Of a DNA stretch of 64,000 bases, positions 63,343 to 64,000 are shown piece after piece. Origin of the DNA: Tetramitus jugosus. Its lineage: Eukaryota > Protista > Heterolobosea. Under the pieces are notes generated by a model. It had not been told where the DNA came from, did no database searches, and worked only from the letters and a program-made list of their open reading frames with translations. Position 1 is the stretch's first letter, and every line of letters begins with the position of its first letter. Location of the stretch: positions 248,001 through 312,000 of the forward strand of contig OW569349.1 in NCBI GenBank assembly GCA_937625935.1, given 5' to 3'. The position numbers were made by a program, and so were the translations under genes.

Positions 63343-64000
63343 TTAATTGAATTTGCTCTTGGTGTTGATCGATGAGAAGGATGCAGCTCTGGGGAACATC
63401 ATTTCCTTGATGTTGCTCAGAATGCCCTTGTCGTAAATGTTTGGCAACGATCTGAATCCTTTCTTGACATTTTCGCTCACGGTAATCAATTGTTTCAGTC
63501 TCCATTCCTTGTCGACTGGTATTGGAGCACGTTGTTTGATCACGGGTGCGTTATTATTGGACGATGTGGAGGATTTTCTCTGTGCAGATTTCTTATTCTT
63601 CTTGTTGTTCGATTCAGTTTCATTCACAGTTGCTTGTTGCTTCTGCTGTTGTTGATCTACTTCATCGTCGTCATCATAGATTCGATGATACAGTTCCTTC
63701 ATGTCATCCGGATTCTTTGTTGTTGGATTGTTGCGATACAGATACACGATTCGGTGCAACTTGCCAATATCGTCCCACTTGAACGTTTCATTAGTCGTTC
63801 TATTTTTCATGGTCAAATACATGTGATATCCCCAGAATCCAAACAACATCATTCCAATCGCAATCAAGAAGAACCACTGTGCAATCACAATCAAATACAT
63901 GGACAGCATGTACTGCACAATAATGATTGGAGTGGCTTGAATCTGTTGACCACTTGGTGTCATAAACACTGACTCCATCAAATTTTCCTGTTCGACAATA
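63343..64000 (-). CDS. DHHC palmitoyltransferase, C-terminal part (Swf1/ZDHHC4-like); 5' end outside window
   Basis: TM helix then YHMYL..NRTTNETFKW (TTxE motif) and NIYDKGILSNIKE (PaCCT motif); ORF open to the window edge. Confidence 0.88.
   Translation of the reverse strand, partial: IVEQENLMESVFMTPSGQQIQATPIIIVQYMLSMYLIVIAQWFFLIAIGMMLFGFWGYHMYLTMKNRTTNETFKWDDIGKLHRIVYLYRNNPTTKNPDDMKELYHRIYDDDDEVDQQQQKQQATVNETESNNKKNKKSAQRKSSTSSNNNAPVIKQRAPIPVDKEWRLKQLITVSENVKKGFRSLPNIYDKGILSNIKEMMFPRAASFSSINTKSKFN

Noticed and set aside
1-64000. CRISPR array, operon or prokaryotic defence system
   Set aside because: Sequence is eukaryotic with spliceosomal introns; no regularly spaced repeats beyond (CAA)n/(CA)n microsatellites.

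Overview
Gene-dense eukaryotic nuclear DNA (roughly 40% GC, intergenic gaps mostly 50-400 nt, short GT-AG introns of about 50-260 nt with GTATGT/GTAAGT donors). The gene repertoire and style suggest a free-living protist, plausibly a Discoba/heterolobosean (Naegleria-like) amoeba; this taxonomic call is inference. I can support about 40 protein-coding genes, many of them spliced and therefore split in the ORF track. They include FAM91A1, a half-size ABCB, AUH, an SV2-like MFS, two tandem Kelch paralogs, PrxQ, UBC9, a CIPK-like kinase, ITFG1, a stand-alone FERM protein, TOP2, PHGDH, Elongin A, UNG, a vWA protein, two ankyrin proteins, HemW/RSAD1, a SHAQKY Myb, BTB-BACK-TLDc, MIC60, RPB4, OSGEPL1, PEX7, an ACS-like PLP enzyme, MGM101, SMYD, ATAD5, a stanniocalcin-like protein, a DUSP, a Ras/Rap GTPase and a DHHC PAT. 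There is also one tRNA-Ser(UGA). Most notable observations: (1) a fusion of a CxxC peroxiredoxin-like-2 domain to an apparently intact RGS domain, a candidate redox-gated G-protein GAP; (2) a decayed restriction-like-endonuclease (RLE) non-LTR retrotransposon directly upstream of the tRNA-Ser gene, next to a decayed copy of the tRNA 3' half; (3) E2F consensus sites 80-120 nt upstream of four DNA replication/repair genes (TOP2, FAAP100-like, UNG, ATAD5); (4) apparent homologues of FAAP100 and of the FAM60A/SINHCAF zinc finger, both best known from animals; (5) a GC-AG intron followed by a 3-nt microexon that restores ankyrin repeat spacing; (6) MGM101 with an extra FGKxxG C-terminal domain; (7) several structured GC-rich intergenic elements. 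All homology calls come from motif recognition by eye, not from database searches.
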